Shown here: one piece after another, positions 1-10,642 of the stretch
Layout of the letters: every line of letters begins with the position of its first letter
Numbering within the stretch: the stretch's first letter is position 1
Source of the DNA: an uncultured Gammaproteobacteria bacterium
GTDB lineage: Bacteria; Patescibacteriota; Microgenomatia; UBA10105; UBA927
DNA: 64,000 nucleotides
Assembly (NCBI GenBank): GCA_964629685.1
Contig: CAZVTT010000002.1
Coordinates: forward strand, 51,468 to 115,467
Reading direction: 5' to 3'
The notes under the pieces: generated by a model
Databases searched by the model: none
What the model saw: the letters and a program-made list of their open reading frames with translations, nothing else
Told to the model about the DNA's origin: nothing
Position numbers and translations under genes: made by a program

Positions 1-898
1 GTACCGTCGCATATACGAAGAGTATTACGCCATTCCTGTTGTGCTTGGAACAAAAAGTGCTTCGGAGCGGTTTGCCGGCGCTAAAAGTACGTACACGTTA
101 GAAGCGCTCATGCCGGATGGAAAGGCTTTACAGAGCGGAACCTCTCATAATTTGGGACAGAATTTTTCTCAGGCCTTTCATATTCAATTCCAGAATAAAG
201 AGGGAAAATTAGACCATGTATGGCAAACGTCATGGGGCTTGTCTACCCGAAGTATGGGAGGATTGTTCCTGACACATGGCGATGATAACGGACTTATACT
301 ACCGCCTAAAATTGCACCTATAGAAGTGGTGATTATACCCATACTCAAGAAAGGTGCAGATGAGAATAAAATTATTGAATACTGTGAGGATTTATGCGAC
401 ACCCTGCGGAATGGCGGAGTACGGGTAAAACTTGATCACCGATTGGAGCAAAGCGTCGGTCGCAAGTTTAACGATTGGGAAGTAAAAGGTGTACCAGTGC
501 GGTACGAAGTAGGTGCAGCGGAAGTAGAAAAACGCATAGTGACTATCGCGAGGCGCGATACGGGAGAAAAAGTTACCGTGGATCGGATATACGCACTGGT
601 GGAAACGCAGAAGCTATTGGACATAATCCAGAAAGCACTTTTCCAAAAAGCTAAAGAATTTTTGCAGGCTAATACGCATATCATTAATACGTTTGATGAA
701 TTTAAAACAGCCATGGAGACATCCCGTGGATTTTTAAGCGCATTATGGTGTGAAGACGCTGCCTGTGAAGCAAAAATTAAAGCGGAAACTCATGCGACAA
801 CCCGCTGTCTGCCGCTAAACGCACCGGAAGAGCAGGGTGTTTGTGTCCATTGCGGGAATCCCGCACGACACCGATGGTTATTCGGACAGTCGTATTAA
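1..898 (+). CDS. proS: Prolyl-tRNA synthetase, archaeal/eukaryote-like class II, 5'-truncated by window edge
   Basis: In-frame translation from nt 2 gives YRRIYEEYYAIPVVLGTKSASERFAGA...; class II motif 3 and a C-terminal zinc-binding-like domain (CVHCGNPA). Confidence 0.9.
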   Translation, partial: YRRIYEEYYAIPVVLGTKSASERFAGAKSTYTLEALMPDGKALQSGTSHNLGQNFSQAFHIQFQNKEGKLDHVWQTSWGLSTRSMGGLFLTHGDDNGLILPPKIAPIEVVIIPILKKGADENKIIEYCEDLCDTLRNGGVRVKLDHRLEQSVGRKFNDWEVKGVPVRYEVGAAEVEKRIVTIARRDTGEKVTVDRIYALVETQKLLDIIQKALFQKAKEFLQANTHIINTFDEFKTAMETSRGFLSALWCEDAACEAKIKAETHATTRCLPLNAPEEQGVCVHCGNPARHRWLFGQSY

Positions 899-937
899 CA
901 TTGTGGTATCGTTGTCTATAGACTTATAGTATAATAT

Positions 938-960
938 CGTACGCCTCACAGGGGCGTACG
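938..960 (+). terminator. GC hairpin (cgtacgcc-tcacag-gggcgtacg) followed by A/T run between proS and the next gene
   Basis: 8-bp inverted repeat seen directly, then atattttat. Confidence 0.3.
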
Positions 961-967
961 ATATTTT

Positions 968-1966
968 ATGTTGGAAACATTTAAGCACCCATCATGGTTC
1001 TCAGTGGCCAAAGGCTTTACCGCGCGGTTGATTCATCAACCGCGGACTACCTTACGGCAAGTATCTTTGGAACAGGCTGCGTTCGCAGGAAATGAAACGG
1101 CAATTTCCGATTTATACTCTTCACTGGAAAGTCCAACGGTTATAGAATTTCGGAAAGCCGCAACCGCCATCAGGTCATCCGAACGGCAGACGACGGTGCA
1201 ATCATACAATTTTGAAAGAACCCGCCAATGGTTTGTCATGATTGAACGGGTTGGGTTAAAAACCGGTAAAGGGGTAAGTGTGGCAGCCGTAAACGAGTCC
1301 AAAAAAGTGATAACGGCTATGGCAGATTTAAGTGCCAAACATCCAAGGTTTTCTTCACTGGGGCAAGCAGATTTATACGCTACGTTTCTGCAAAGTACGT
1401 CACCTGTTATCAGACAAGCGGCGAATGACGGATTTGGTGCGTTGGGATTTATGCAGGCAGTAACGGTATTCGGATCATTAACCGAGTCACAGGATAGGTT
1501 TTTGGCTGAAAACAGGGTAACACCGGATCTCAGGCAAATATTGGTACAATCAGGTCAGTTTGATGTTGCGGAATTTGCCGGAAGAGCGACGGCACTTGAC
1601 CATATATTCCAACGCGGGTTGCGAATGCAATATCTTAAAGATATTCAGACGTTGACCGGCAGCCTGCCTCCGGGGTATGAAGCTATGGATTTGCATCAGA
1701 TATCCGATTTTGATCTGGATGCGATGCAGAGTGTAGATACGTACGATACCCGCAGACTACAACTCACGACGGAATTACAGCAGACATTGCTTTCCCCGAG
1801 GGGGTATTTGCGGCGGACGGTAGATATAGGCTTGCGCTTGTATGGAACATTTTATACTGATAACAGCGATGTCCTTGCACCGCTCGCGCCTGCAATGCAA
1901 GCGGGAATGTTTGCTGATGTGTGGGAAAAATTCAGCAGTGGTCTGCCGTATTCGCAATCTGCATAA
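968..1966 (+). CDS. hypothetical protein
   Basis: 332-aa ORF with no recognised motif; tightly packed behind proS. Confidence 0.55.
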   Translation: MLETFKHPSWFSVAKGFTARLIHQPRTTLRQVSLEQAAFAGNETAISDLYSSLESPTVIEFRKAATAIRSSERQTTVQSYNFERTRQWFVMIERVGLKTGKGVSVAAVNESKKVITAMADLSAKHPRFSSLGQADLYATFLQSTSPVIRQAANDGFGALGFMQAVTVFGSLTESQDRFLAENRVTPDLRQILVQSGQFDVAEFAGRATALDHIFQRGLRMQYLKDIQTLTGSLPPGYEAMDLHQISDFDLDAMQSVDTYDTRRLQLTTELQQTLLSPRGYLRRTVDIGLRLYGTFYTDNSDVLAPLAPAMQAGMFADVWEKFSSGLPYSQSA

Positions 1967-2022
1967 GTAGTACCCTCTGATTGTTGTCCGGAAGTGCTTC
2001 AGGTATACTAGCGGGTAATCGT

Positions 2023-2847
2023 ATGAAAACAGTAGTCACACATATCGGTCCTGATTTGGATGCATTAACCAGCGTGTGGTTAACGAAGTCATTTATTCCC
2101 GGATGGGAAGAAGCGGTAGTGGCGTTTGTTCCCGCCGGTACCACTTTAAAAGGTATGCCTCCCGATGCTGATCCGGAAATCAGGCATGTAGATACGGGAT
2201 TCGGGAAATACGATCACCATCAAACAAATGCCGATACCTGCGCCGCCCGGCTAGTATACGAGGAAATTAAACAGTTACACGGTGATGACCCCGCACTCCT
2301 GCGTTTGGTTCAGGTGGTAAACGATGTGGATCATTTTCGTGAGGTATTCTATCCGAATCCGACGGCGGATTTTTGGGATTTTTCGCTGGTCACCCAAATA
2401 GACGGATGGCGGTTAATTTATCATGACGATCCGCTTAAAATTGTGGCTTTAGCAATGGATTGTTTAGATGCGGTATATAAATCATTTCAAAATAAGGTAT
2501 GGGCGGAAAAAGAGTTGACGGAAAAAGGTATTTCATTTACCTGCGAGTGGGGCAAAGCCCTCGCCATCGAAACGACCAACGACGAGGTGGTGCACCTGGG
2601 ACAGAAAATGGGATATGTTATGGTGATCCGGAAAGATCCCAAGAAAGGGTACCTGAGGATTAAGGCTTTGCCACAAGACCATGTCGACCTAGCGCCGTAT
2701 TATGAAATGTTAAAAGCCGCAGAACCGCAAGCTACCTGGTTTTTGCATGCCAGTCATCATATGGTATTAAACGGCAGCAGTAAAAATCCTGATATGCGTC
2801 CATCCATGCGTCCGCTGGCGGAAATAATAGACGTATTCAAAAAATAA
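2023..2847 (+). CDS. DHH-family phosphoesterase (NrnA-like nanoRNase/pAp phosphatase-like)
   Basis: Motif I HIGPDLDALTS (HxxPDxDxxxS) and the DHH motif (GFGKYDHHQT). The ATG at 2023 is preferred over the TTG at 1981 used by the ORF track. Confidence 0.7.
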   Translation: MKTVVTHIGPDLDALTSVWLTKSFIPGWEEAVVAFVPAGTTLKGMPPDADPEIRHVDTGFGKYDHHQTNADTCAARLVYEEIKQLHGDDPALLRLVQVVNDVDHFREVFYPNPTADFWDFSLVTQIDGWRLIYHDDPLKIVALAMDCLDAVYKSFQNKVWAEKELTEKGISFTCEWGKALAIETTNDEVVHLGQKMGYVMVIRKDPKKGYLRIKALPQDHVDLAPYYEMLKAAEPQATWFLHASHHMVLNGSSKNPDMRPSMRPLAEIIDVFKK

Positions 2848-2855
2848 GGAGGTCT

Positions 2856-3350
2856 ATGGCAGGTGCTCTAAAACAAGAACTGGTGCAGATTATAAACCCA
2901 GATGCCAAAAATTTTATCTTCGGTCAATCGCATTTCATAAAAACGGTAGAGGATCTTCATGAAACGTTAGTTTCATCCGTTCCCGCAATAAAATTCGGTG
3001 TAGCTTTTTGCGAGGCTTCCGGACCACGGTTAATCCGAAAAACCGGAACCAGTGCGGAAATGATGGAATTGGCGGTGAAGAACGCCCGGGCAGTCGGTTG
3101 TGGCCACACGTTCTTTGTGTTTTTGGATAATGCTTTTCCCATAAATGTGGTAAATGGAATTAAAGCCGTTCCGGAAGTTGTGCGTCTTTTTTGCGCGACG
3201 GCAAACCCCGCACAAGTAGTCGTAGCCGAGTCGGATCAGGGACGGGGAGTACTTGGTGTTATAGATGGTGCTTCACCTCTCGGAGTTGAGGATAAAGCAG
3301 GAGAACAGGCAAGGAAGGATTTTTTACGGACCATCGGATACAAACTGTAA
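2856..3350 (+). CDS. small conserved protein resembling the adenosine-specific kinase family (PF04008-like)
   Basis: 164 aa; perfect RBS aaggagg; GQSHFIKTVEDLHE...GCGHTFFVFLDNAFPINVVNGIKAVPEV pattern recalled from PF04008. The family assignment is from memory and not verified. Confidence 0.5.
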   Translation: MAGALKQELVQIINPDAKNFIFGQSHFIKTVEDLHETLVSSVPAIKFGVAFCEASGPRLIRKTGTSAEMMELAVKNARAVGCGHTFFVFLDNAFPINVVNGIKAVPEVVRLFCATANPAQVVVAESDQGRGVLGVIDGASPLGVEDKAGEQARKDFLRTIGYKL

Positions 3351-3368
3351 CAGGGACAAGAAAACGTC

Positions 3369-3776
3369 ATGGTAAAAGATACGTCGTGCGTTTTTTGTAA
3401 GATTGTCGCGGGGGCTGCACCTGCGCATATTGTCTACGAGGATGCTTTCACTATCGCTTTTTTGGATAAATATCCACGGACAAGAGGCCACCTGCAATTA
3501 GTGCCGAAACAGCATTATCGTTGGATCTATGAGCTTCCGGATATGGGAGCGTTCTTCACTACCTCGCAACGGATTATCCGTGGTATAATACCGGTATTAA
3601 GAGCGGATCATGTTACGCTCTCGAGTTTCGGACACGAAGTTACACACGCGCATCTGTGGATAGTCCCGCAGTACGCCGAACGGGTGACGGTATCCGAAAG
3701 ATCGAGGCAAAGTAACGGTTCCGATCAAGAGCAAATAGCGCAAATTCTGCGAAATGAATTTTTAAAGGGGGTGTAG
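3369..3776 (+). CDS. HIT-family (histidine triad) nucleotide hydrolase/transferase
   Basis: Histidine triad HEVTHAHLWIVPQ (HxHxHxx); N-terminal CxxC. Confidence 0.85.
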   Translation: MVKDTSCVFCKIVAGAAPAHIVYEDAFTIAFLDKYPRTRGHLQLVPKQHYRWIYELPDMGAFFTTSQRIIRGIIPVLRADHVTLSSFGHEVTHAHLWIVPQYAERVTVSERSRQSNGSDQEQIAQILRNEFLKGV

Positions 3777-3785
3777 TTTTACTGT

Positions 3786-3974
3786 ATGGTGGTTGTAAAA
3801 GCACAACCGGGCGATTCTTCCGATGCATTAATCCGGAAGTTTACTCGGAAAGTATTATCTGAAGGAATATTACAGGACTTGAAAAAGAAAGAGTTTTATC
3901 AGAAACCAGCTGAAGTTCGAAAAGAAAAACGACGTGAACTTGAGCGACGTTTGCGGCATCCGAATCGACCGTAA
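3786..3974 (+). CDS. rpsU: 30S ribosomal protein S21
   Basis: 62 aa; KFTRKVLSEGILQDLKKKEFYQKPAEVRKEKRR is typical of S21. Confidence 0.85.
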   Translation: MVVVKAQPGDSSDALIRKFTRKVLSEGILQDLKKKEFYQKPAEVRKEKRRELERRLRHPNRP

Positions 3975-3991
3975 AGTTTGTCGGAATTTTT

Positions 3992-4441
3992 ATGCTGATG
4001 ACTCAATTGCGAAAAGATTTAACTGATTCCATGAAACAGGGGAATGCTGTTGCTGTGGAAACCATCAGATTTCTCATATCGGCAATCAAAAATGCTGCCA
4101 TTACGAAATACGGAGCTACGGGTGAATCGGCACTCACTGATGCTGACGTCCTCGAATCCGTAAAAAAGCAGGTTAAAAGCCATCGGGAATCCATTGATGC
4201 GTTTGGTCGTGCGGGACGGAAGGACCTGGTTGAGAAGGAATCGGCACAGCTTGCTGTTTTGGAGCATTATATGCCGAAACAGTTATCTGATGATGAGTTA
4301 AAACAAATAGTCGCACCGATTGTTGCCGGCGGAGAAACAAATTTCGGTTTGCTCATGAAGGCGGCTAAGGAAGCCGCAGGTGATGGTGCCGATGGCGGTC
4401 GGATATCAACGATGATCCGGTCCCTCATGCAACCGAAGTAA
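3992..4441 (+). CDS. GatB/YqeY domain protein
   Basis: 149 aa; alpha-helical, YqeY-like (AVETIRFLISAIKNAAI..., DDELKQIV). Confidence 0.75.
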   Translation: MLMTQLRKDLTDSMKQGNAVAVETIRFLISAIKNAAITKYGATGESALTDADVLESVKKQVKSHRESIDAFGRAGRKDLVEKESAQLAVLEHYMPKQLSDDELKQIVAPIVAGGETNFGLLMKAAKEAAGDGADGGRISTMIRSLMQPK

Positions 4442-4478
4442 ATACAAAGTTATTCTGTCCGATAGCTAAACGATTACA

Positions 4479-4901
4479 TTGTCCGTTAGCAGTTTACCCA
4501 TGACTACTATTTCCGTTCTCTTTCAAACAGAATCACATTTCCCGGTTCCTACCAAAGTGGTAAAGGAAGCCGTTACGGCAGCTTTGGAAAAACGGGTAAA
4601 AGGAAACGTGGAAGTCAGCGTTACGATAGTGGGTGATCGACGAATGAAAGATCTTAATTCAAGTTACCGGAAAATAGAAGATACTACCGATGTGCTTTCG
4701 TTTCCCCAAAATGATCCGTCTCAGAAAGCTTACCCCTTTGTGAATCCTCCGGATAATACCCTGTATTTGGGAGACATCGTCGTTTCTTATCCGCAGGCAG
4801 TCCTGGAAGCTGCGCATGAAAACAAAATGGTCGATGCCAAAATAGTTGAACTTGTGCTGCATGGTTTGGATCACCTTTTGGGGATACATCATCCCGAATA
4901 G
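4479..4901 (+). CDS. ybeY: rRNA maturation endoribonuclease YbeY
   Basis: Metal-binding HGLDHLLGIHH motif (HxxxHxxGxxH); VLSFPQNDP. Confidence 0.85.
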   Translation: MSVSSLPMTTISVLFQTESHFPVPTKVVKEAVTAALEKRVKGNVEVSVTIVGDRRMKDLNSSYRKIEDTTDVLSFPQNDPSQKAYPFVNPPDNTLYLGDIVVSYPQAVLEAAHENKMVDAKIVELVLHGLDHLLGIHHPE

Positions 4902-4964
4902 TACCGGTGTTTTTTCGGAATAGGGGGTTTTCCTTTTTTCCGAATTCCTTCTATACTGTACTCC

Positions 4965-6419
4965 ATGTCCTTCTATAGAAAATACCGGCCCCGTGTGTTC
5001 GCGGAATTGGATAACGCGTCGGTCCGCGATACATTACATTCTTTTCTGAAAAAAGAAAAAACGGAATTGCCCCATGCTTTTTTATTCTGCGGAACCCGGG
5101 GGACAGGAAAAACCACTGCTGCGCGGTTAATTGCAAAGTTATTTACCTGTGAAAATCCCAAAAAAAGCGGAGAGCCCTGCGGCGCATGTGAAGCCTGCGT
5201 GGGTATTGCCGACGGTAACTATATAGACGTATTGGAAATAGATGCAGCCAGTAATACCGGAGTAGATAATATTCGGGATTTACGGGATAAAATAATGCTG
5301 TCTCCCAGTCGCGGGAAGTGGAAGGTATATATTATCGATGAGGTGCACATGTTATCGACAGGCGCCTTTAATGCGTTGTTGAAAACACTGGAAGAACCTC
5401 CCGGTCACGCCGTATTTATACTCGCAACTACCGACCAACATAAGGTTCCCGCTACGATTCAGTCTCGCTGTATGACTCTGGTGTTTAAGCGGCCGACGCT
5501 GGCAGAAATTTCCGGTGTGCTTAACAGGATTTCTGCTTCAGAAAAAATAGATATAACGCCGGAGGCAGTAGATTTGATTGCCAATATTGCCGATGGGTCA
5601 TTTCGGGACGCAGTGAAATTGCTTGAGCAGGTAGGATTGTCAGCCAACACGGTAACACGAACGGAAGTGGAAAACGTGTTGTCCATGAGCAACGCGGATA
5701 CTATCGTACAGTTTACGGATGCGGTATTAAAACGACAGGCAAAACAGGCATTAACACTACTGAATACTGCGGTAACGGAAGGAAAAGATTGTAAATCATT
5801 TTTAACTCAGGTACTGGCAGGGTTAGAGCAAAGACTTACCGCGCAGGTTACGGGCTCAGCCGCAACAGGTTGGGTCCTCACGGATTTAACTGATGTTATC
5901 AGAAAATTATCCCTTGCCTACGGGGAAATGAGATATACGTCTATTCCGCAGCTACCCATAGAAATAGCCGTTGTAGAATTCTGTGAAGCCGGTGCAGTGA
6001 GTAAACCGAAAGCAGTACCACCGGTATTGCCGCCGCAAAAACCGGCACCGGTTCCGTCCGCACCAGTTGCACATGCCGTTCCTGCGGCAAAATCATCCGT
6101 TCCCGCGCCGACGGTTCGGGAAGCAGTACCGGAAGTGGAAATTGCCCCTATCTCTACCGGATTGATTACGTTGGAAAAACTGCAGGAATACTGGAAGGAA
6201 ATAATAGACGCCATGAAAACGGTAAATCACTCCGCGGCCGGAATGCTCCGGTCTACTAGACCAAAAGCGGTAGCAAATGGTATAGTTACCATCGAAGCGT
6301 TTTACACGTTCCATCAGGAGCGATTGTCAGATTCAAAGGTAAAGGACGGTTTGGCAGGCACGCTTAAAAAATTGTTTGGTGAACCCGTAAAAGTGGAAGT
6401 TGTGCTCGGCAAAAAATAA
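4965..6419 (+). CDS. dnaX: DNA polymerase III subunit gamma/tau
   Basis: Walker A GTRGTGKTTAARLIAK; CGACEAC zinc module; IIDEVHML; Pro/Ala-rich linker. Confidence 0.9.
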   Translation: MSFYRKYRPRVFAELDNASVRDTLHSFLKKEKTELPHAFLFCGTRGTGKTTAARLIAKLFTCENPKKSGEPCGACEACVGIADGNYIDVLEIDAASNTGVDNIRDLRDKIMLSPSRGKWKVYIIDEVHMLSTGAFNALLKTLEEPPGHAVFILATTDQHKVPATIQSRCMTLVFKRPTLAEISGVLNRISASEKIDITPEAVDLIANIADGSFRDAVKLLEQVGLSANTVTRTEVENVLSMSNADTIVQFTDAVLKRQAKQALTLLNTAVTEGKDCKSFLTQVLAGLEQRLTAQVTGSAATGWVLTDLTDVIRKLSLAYGEMRYTSIPQLPIEIAVVEFCEAGAVSKPKAVPPVLPPQKPAPVPSAPVAHAVPAAKSSVPAPTVREAVPEVEIAPISTGLITLEKLQEYWKEIIDAMKTVNHSAAGMLRSTRPKAVANGIVTIEAFYTFHQERLSDSKVKDGLAGTLKKLFGEPVKVEVVLGKK

Positions 6420-6437
6420 TTGCCGGAAAGGAGCAGT

Positions 6438-6704
6438 ATGCAAAACCCATTTAAAGCTTTAGGAGACCTAAATTCTATGCGAAAACAAGCCCAACAGATT
6501 CAGGCGGCGCTTGAACAACAGGAGTTTGAGGTTATGGAAGGCAACGTAAAGTTGGTAATTACCGGAAACCAAAATGTAAAATCAGTAGAAATTGACGGAG
6601 TTCCTGCCGAAAACGTGAAACGGGCTTTTAATAACGCGATTAAAAAATCCCAACAGGCGGCAGCCATGAAACTTGCCGAAATGAGTAAAGGGATGGGAAT
6701 GTAA
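6438..6704 (+). CDS. ybaB: nucleoid-associated protein YbaB/EbfC
   Basis: Follows dnaX as in the canonical dnaX-ybaB arrangement; RBS aaaggag then ATG at 6438. The track's TTG at 6420 was rejected. Confidence 0.8.
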   Translation: MQNPFKALGDLNSMRKQAQQIQAALEQQEFEVMEGNVKLVITGNQNVKSVEIDGVPAENVKRAFNNAIKKSQQAAAMKLAEMSKGMGM

Positions 6705-7651
6705 TGAATCAACGTGTTATTGTTACCGGGACAATTGCTTACGATTATATTATGGATTTTACCGGCAAGTTTGCTGACCGGATAATGCCGGAAAAAATTC
6801 ATAAGCTGTCGTTATCTTTCCTGGTCGATCATCTCTCCCGGCAATTCGGCGGTACAGCGGGTAACATTGCATATTCACTGAAATTGCTGGGTATCGATCC
6901 GCTTATTGTGTCACCTGCAGGGAATGATTTCCCCCTATACGAAGCACACTTAAAGAAACAGAAAATTTCGGCTAAGTATATATCCGTGCATAAGGACGTA
7001 TCTATGGGTTCGTATTTTGTGATCACTGATCAGGATGATAATCAAATCGGTGCTTTCTACGCCGGCGGAGCCAAATACGCGGCCAAACTCAATCTCTCGG
7101 CAGTAAAAGAAAAAGTCGGATTTATCGTAGTGGCACCCACGGATGCGAAGGCGATGATATCGTATGCCCGGCAGGCTGCAAAAATGAATATCCCATATTT
7201 ATTTGATCCTGCGTTCCAGATTGCGGATTTCCCTTTGGAAGAACTTCGGGAGGGGATTACCCGTGCGCAGATACTCATCGGGAATGATTATGAAATAGCG
7301 TTAATAGAACAACGACTGGAAGTTAGTCATGAGGAATTACGGACAATGGTTCCGCTCGTCATTACGACACTGGCGGGAAAAGGATCAATTATAGAAACCC
7401 GTTATGAAAGTGTGCATTGTGCTGTTGCCCGGCCTGACAACACCAGTGATCCTACCGGAGCAGGCGATGCCTTCCGGGCTGGTTTTTTAGCAGGGTATTT
7501 ACGGAGCTACGATCTGAAAGTATGCGGACAAATGGGTTCTACTGCTGCGGTATATACGGTAGAAAAATACGGAACGCAAACACATACATTTACCCCCGCA
7601 GCGTTTATGAAACGCTACACGGAAAACTTCGGTACTGCCGTAAAACTGTAA
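6704..7651 (+). CDS. PfkB-family carbohydrate/nucleoside kinase (ribokinase-like)
   Basis: Start overlaps the ybaB stop (taATGa); GGTAGNIAY (GG motif); C-terminal DPTGAGDAFRAGF anion-hole motif. Confidence 0.8.
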   Translation: MNQRVIVTGTIAYDYIMDFTGKFADRIMPEKIHKLSLSFLVDHLSRQFGGTAGNIAYSLKLLGIDPLIVSPAGNDFPLYEAHLKKQKISAKYISVHKDVSMGSYFVITDQDDNQIGAFYAGGAKYAAKLNLSAVKEKVGFIVVAPTDAKAMISYARQAAKMNIPYLFDPAFQIADFPLEELREGITRAQILIGNDYEIALIEQRLEVSHEELRTMVPLVITTLAGKGSIIETRYESVHCAVARPDNTSDPTGAGDAFRAGFLAGYLRSYDLKVCGQMGSTAAVYTVEKYGTQTHTFTPAAFMKRYTENFGTAVKL

Positions 7652-7686
7652 ATATCTGCACGTGTTGAGCCGAATATATTTCACTA

Positions 7687-7715
7687 TTGACACAGATTGT
7701 AATATGCATTACATT
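7687..7715 (+). promoter_or_regulatory. sigma70-like promoter candidate TTGACA-N17-TACATT
   Basis: Seen directly: ttgaca 7687-7692, 17-nt spacer, tacatt 7710-7715; embedded in a partial palindrome (tgtaatatgcattaca). Confidence 0.3.
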
Positions 7716-7913
7716 TTGACTGTGTTCGTACATTAACACGTGAAGATAAAGAAAAGACTACAGTGTTCCGACAAGGATATAAGTGTATCTTTGTGGGAGC
7801 ACTGTAAAGGAATAAAACATCCGAAAGGAGAAAAGGCACCGAATAGGGCCTTGCTTCCGCATCCAGCCGTTTTGGTGAAGATGTGAACGAAAACGTATTT
7901 GTGAGGAGGTTTC

Positions 7914-8063
7914 ATGATGTTGTACCAAGGTCTGAGGCAGAGTTGTCGCACCGTCCACCGCCGTCGCCGTGAAGAAGGTCGTTTCAACACCATCTGGCGC
8001 GAGCAGTCATCCGGTCACGATCATCAGCCGAACACCCCCGAAGCGCACGCCGCCACCAGCTAG
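7914..8063 (+). CDS. candidate 49-aa Arg-rich small ORF (MMLYQGLRQSCRTVHRRRREEGRFNTIW...) in a GC-rich structured segment; may instead be part of an ncRNA
   Basis: Strong RBS gtgaGGAGGtttcATG. Codon usage is GC-rich, unlike neighbouring genes, so coding status is doubtful. Confidence 0.2.
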   Translation: MMLYQGLRQSCRTVHRRRREEGRFNTIWREQSSGHDHQPNTPEAHAATS

Positions 8064-8140
8064 GCAGACGAGCCGACCAGCAAGGTTGCGTGCAGTACAC
8101 ATGTCGTAGGTGAGCCGAGAGGTTCGCCCCCACAAGTACA

Positions 8141-8207
8141 TCGTAGGATGGAAGGGAATCGGCCCAGGCTGATTCCCGACCTACGTTTCCGTAGCTATTC
8201 TTTTTTG
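8141..8207 (+). terminator. Nested hairpins plus T-run (Rho-independent terminator-like)
   Basis: Outer stem cgtagg...cctacg encloses gggaatc-ggcccaggct-gattccc; then ctacg-tttc-cgtag followed by ctattctttttt. Confidence 0.4.
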
Positions 8208-8517
8208 ATTCATCCTTTTATTCACTTTTTTCTTTTTCCTTTACCGCTTTCGCTTAACGACATTACTCCGGAAATACGCAGTATTTTCGGACCCATATCG
8301 TTAAGCGCAGGCAGATGTCGAACACAAATCCGCTATCCGAAAATGCATCGGTAACAGCGGATTTTTTTGTGGCACTAAGCGGGTCAGCGATGGAACCATT
8401 CCCGTTATCTGGGCTCATCCGTTCTGGCAGAAATACGTCACACCTCGGGATACGCAGGGTAGAGAACCGAGCATACTTACGCGGCTGTTTCAATTGTGCT
8501 AGCATAAATACTTGCAT

Positions 8518-9210
8518 ATGAAACGACCATTAGTGCTCTTCGATATTGACGGTACGTTAATTAAAAGCGGTGATAAGAAGTTACGCAAACGGTTTGATCA
8601 TGCGTTTAAATCCGTGTACGGCGTTGATCATCAGGTTAGATGGGATATGCACGAAGGCGCCATAGACCGACAGCTGTTTTTGGAAGAGATGCTGTTCTGT
8701 GGTGTCGCGGAGTCCGTTATTCTCGAACGATTGGATGTCGCCTACGAGGCGGCATTTATCTACTTTCACGAACATGTAGACCGGAAGGAATATGCTGCAT
8801 ACGAGTTACCCCATGCACGGGCTTTACTGGAGACACTCTGGGAACAAACGCATATGGGCGTTCTTACCGGTAATTACGTAAAGTTGGGATGGCTGAAGTT
8901 GGAAATTTTGAATATGAAGCAATTTTTCCCCTTCGGTTTATTCGGAAACGAAGCAGGAAAACGAACTGAGCTTGCCGCGCAGGCCCTGCCACGGGCAAAA
9001 AATCATTTTGGCGTAGAATTTATTCCGCGGGATATCATTATAATCGGAGATACCACCCGTGATATCGACTGTGCCAGGGCGATAGGCGCCAGGGTGATCG
9101 CTACCGCTACCGGAAGAATTCCCTATACGGATTTGGTGAACGCTAAACCCGATTTGGCGGTACACGATCTATCCGACGACAGAATTATTCCGTTTATTCT
9201 TCAATCCTGA
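8518..9210 (+). CDS. HAD-superfamily hydrolase
   Basis: Motif I LFDIDGTL; IIIGDTTRD motif IV. Confidence 0.8.
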   Translation: MKRPLVLFDIDGTLIKSGDKKLRKRFDHAFKSVYGVDHQVRWDMHEGAIDRQLFLEEMLFCGVAESVILERLDVAYEAAFIYFHEHVDRKEYAAYELPHARALLETLWEQTHMGVLTGNYVKLGWLKLEILNMKQFFPFGLFGNEAGKRTELAAQALPRAKNHFGVEFIPRDIIIIGDTTRDIDCARAIGARVIATATGRIPYTDLVNAKPDLAVHDLSDDRIIPFILQS

Positions 9211-9300
9211 TCTGCCGTGTACGTCAGGGGTAGTCACACCAACCACAGAACGAGCATAAGCCGGAGTTTTCTCGTCACTCTTCCTAATACGGTAATATGA

Positions 9301-10614
<1,314 letters not shown>

Positions 10615-10642
10615 TACTCCGTAACTTTCCCTGCCTGTATCT

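Noticed and set aside
5918-6314. Minus-strand ORFs inside dnaX
   Set aside because: Antisense to the Pro/Ala-rich linker of dnaX; Gly/Thr/Ala-rich artefacts.
7652-8511. Considered that the GC-rich intergenic region might be tmRNA or RNase P RNA
   Set aside because: I could not find the tmRNA 5' GGGG...TTCGAC start and 3' GGTTCGAnTCC...CCACCA end. I also could not find the RNase P P4 motif (GGAAAGTCCGGGCTCC) or ACAGAA(A/C)CCGGCTTA on either strand. Only a weak AUAGGGC similarity exists. It is left as an unclassified structured RNA / small-ORF locus.
8148-8521. Small ORFs (8148-8354 +, 8263-8517 -, 8315-8521 +) in the pfkB-HAD intergenic region
   Set aside because: No RBS; T-rich terminator-tail sequence; mutually overlapping. 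More likely non-coding.
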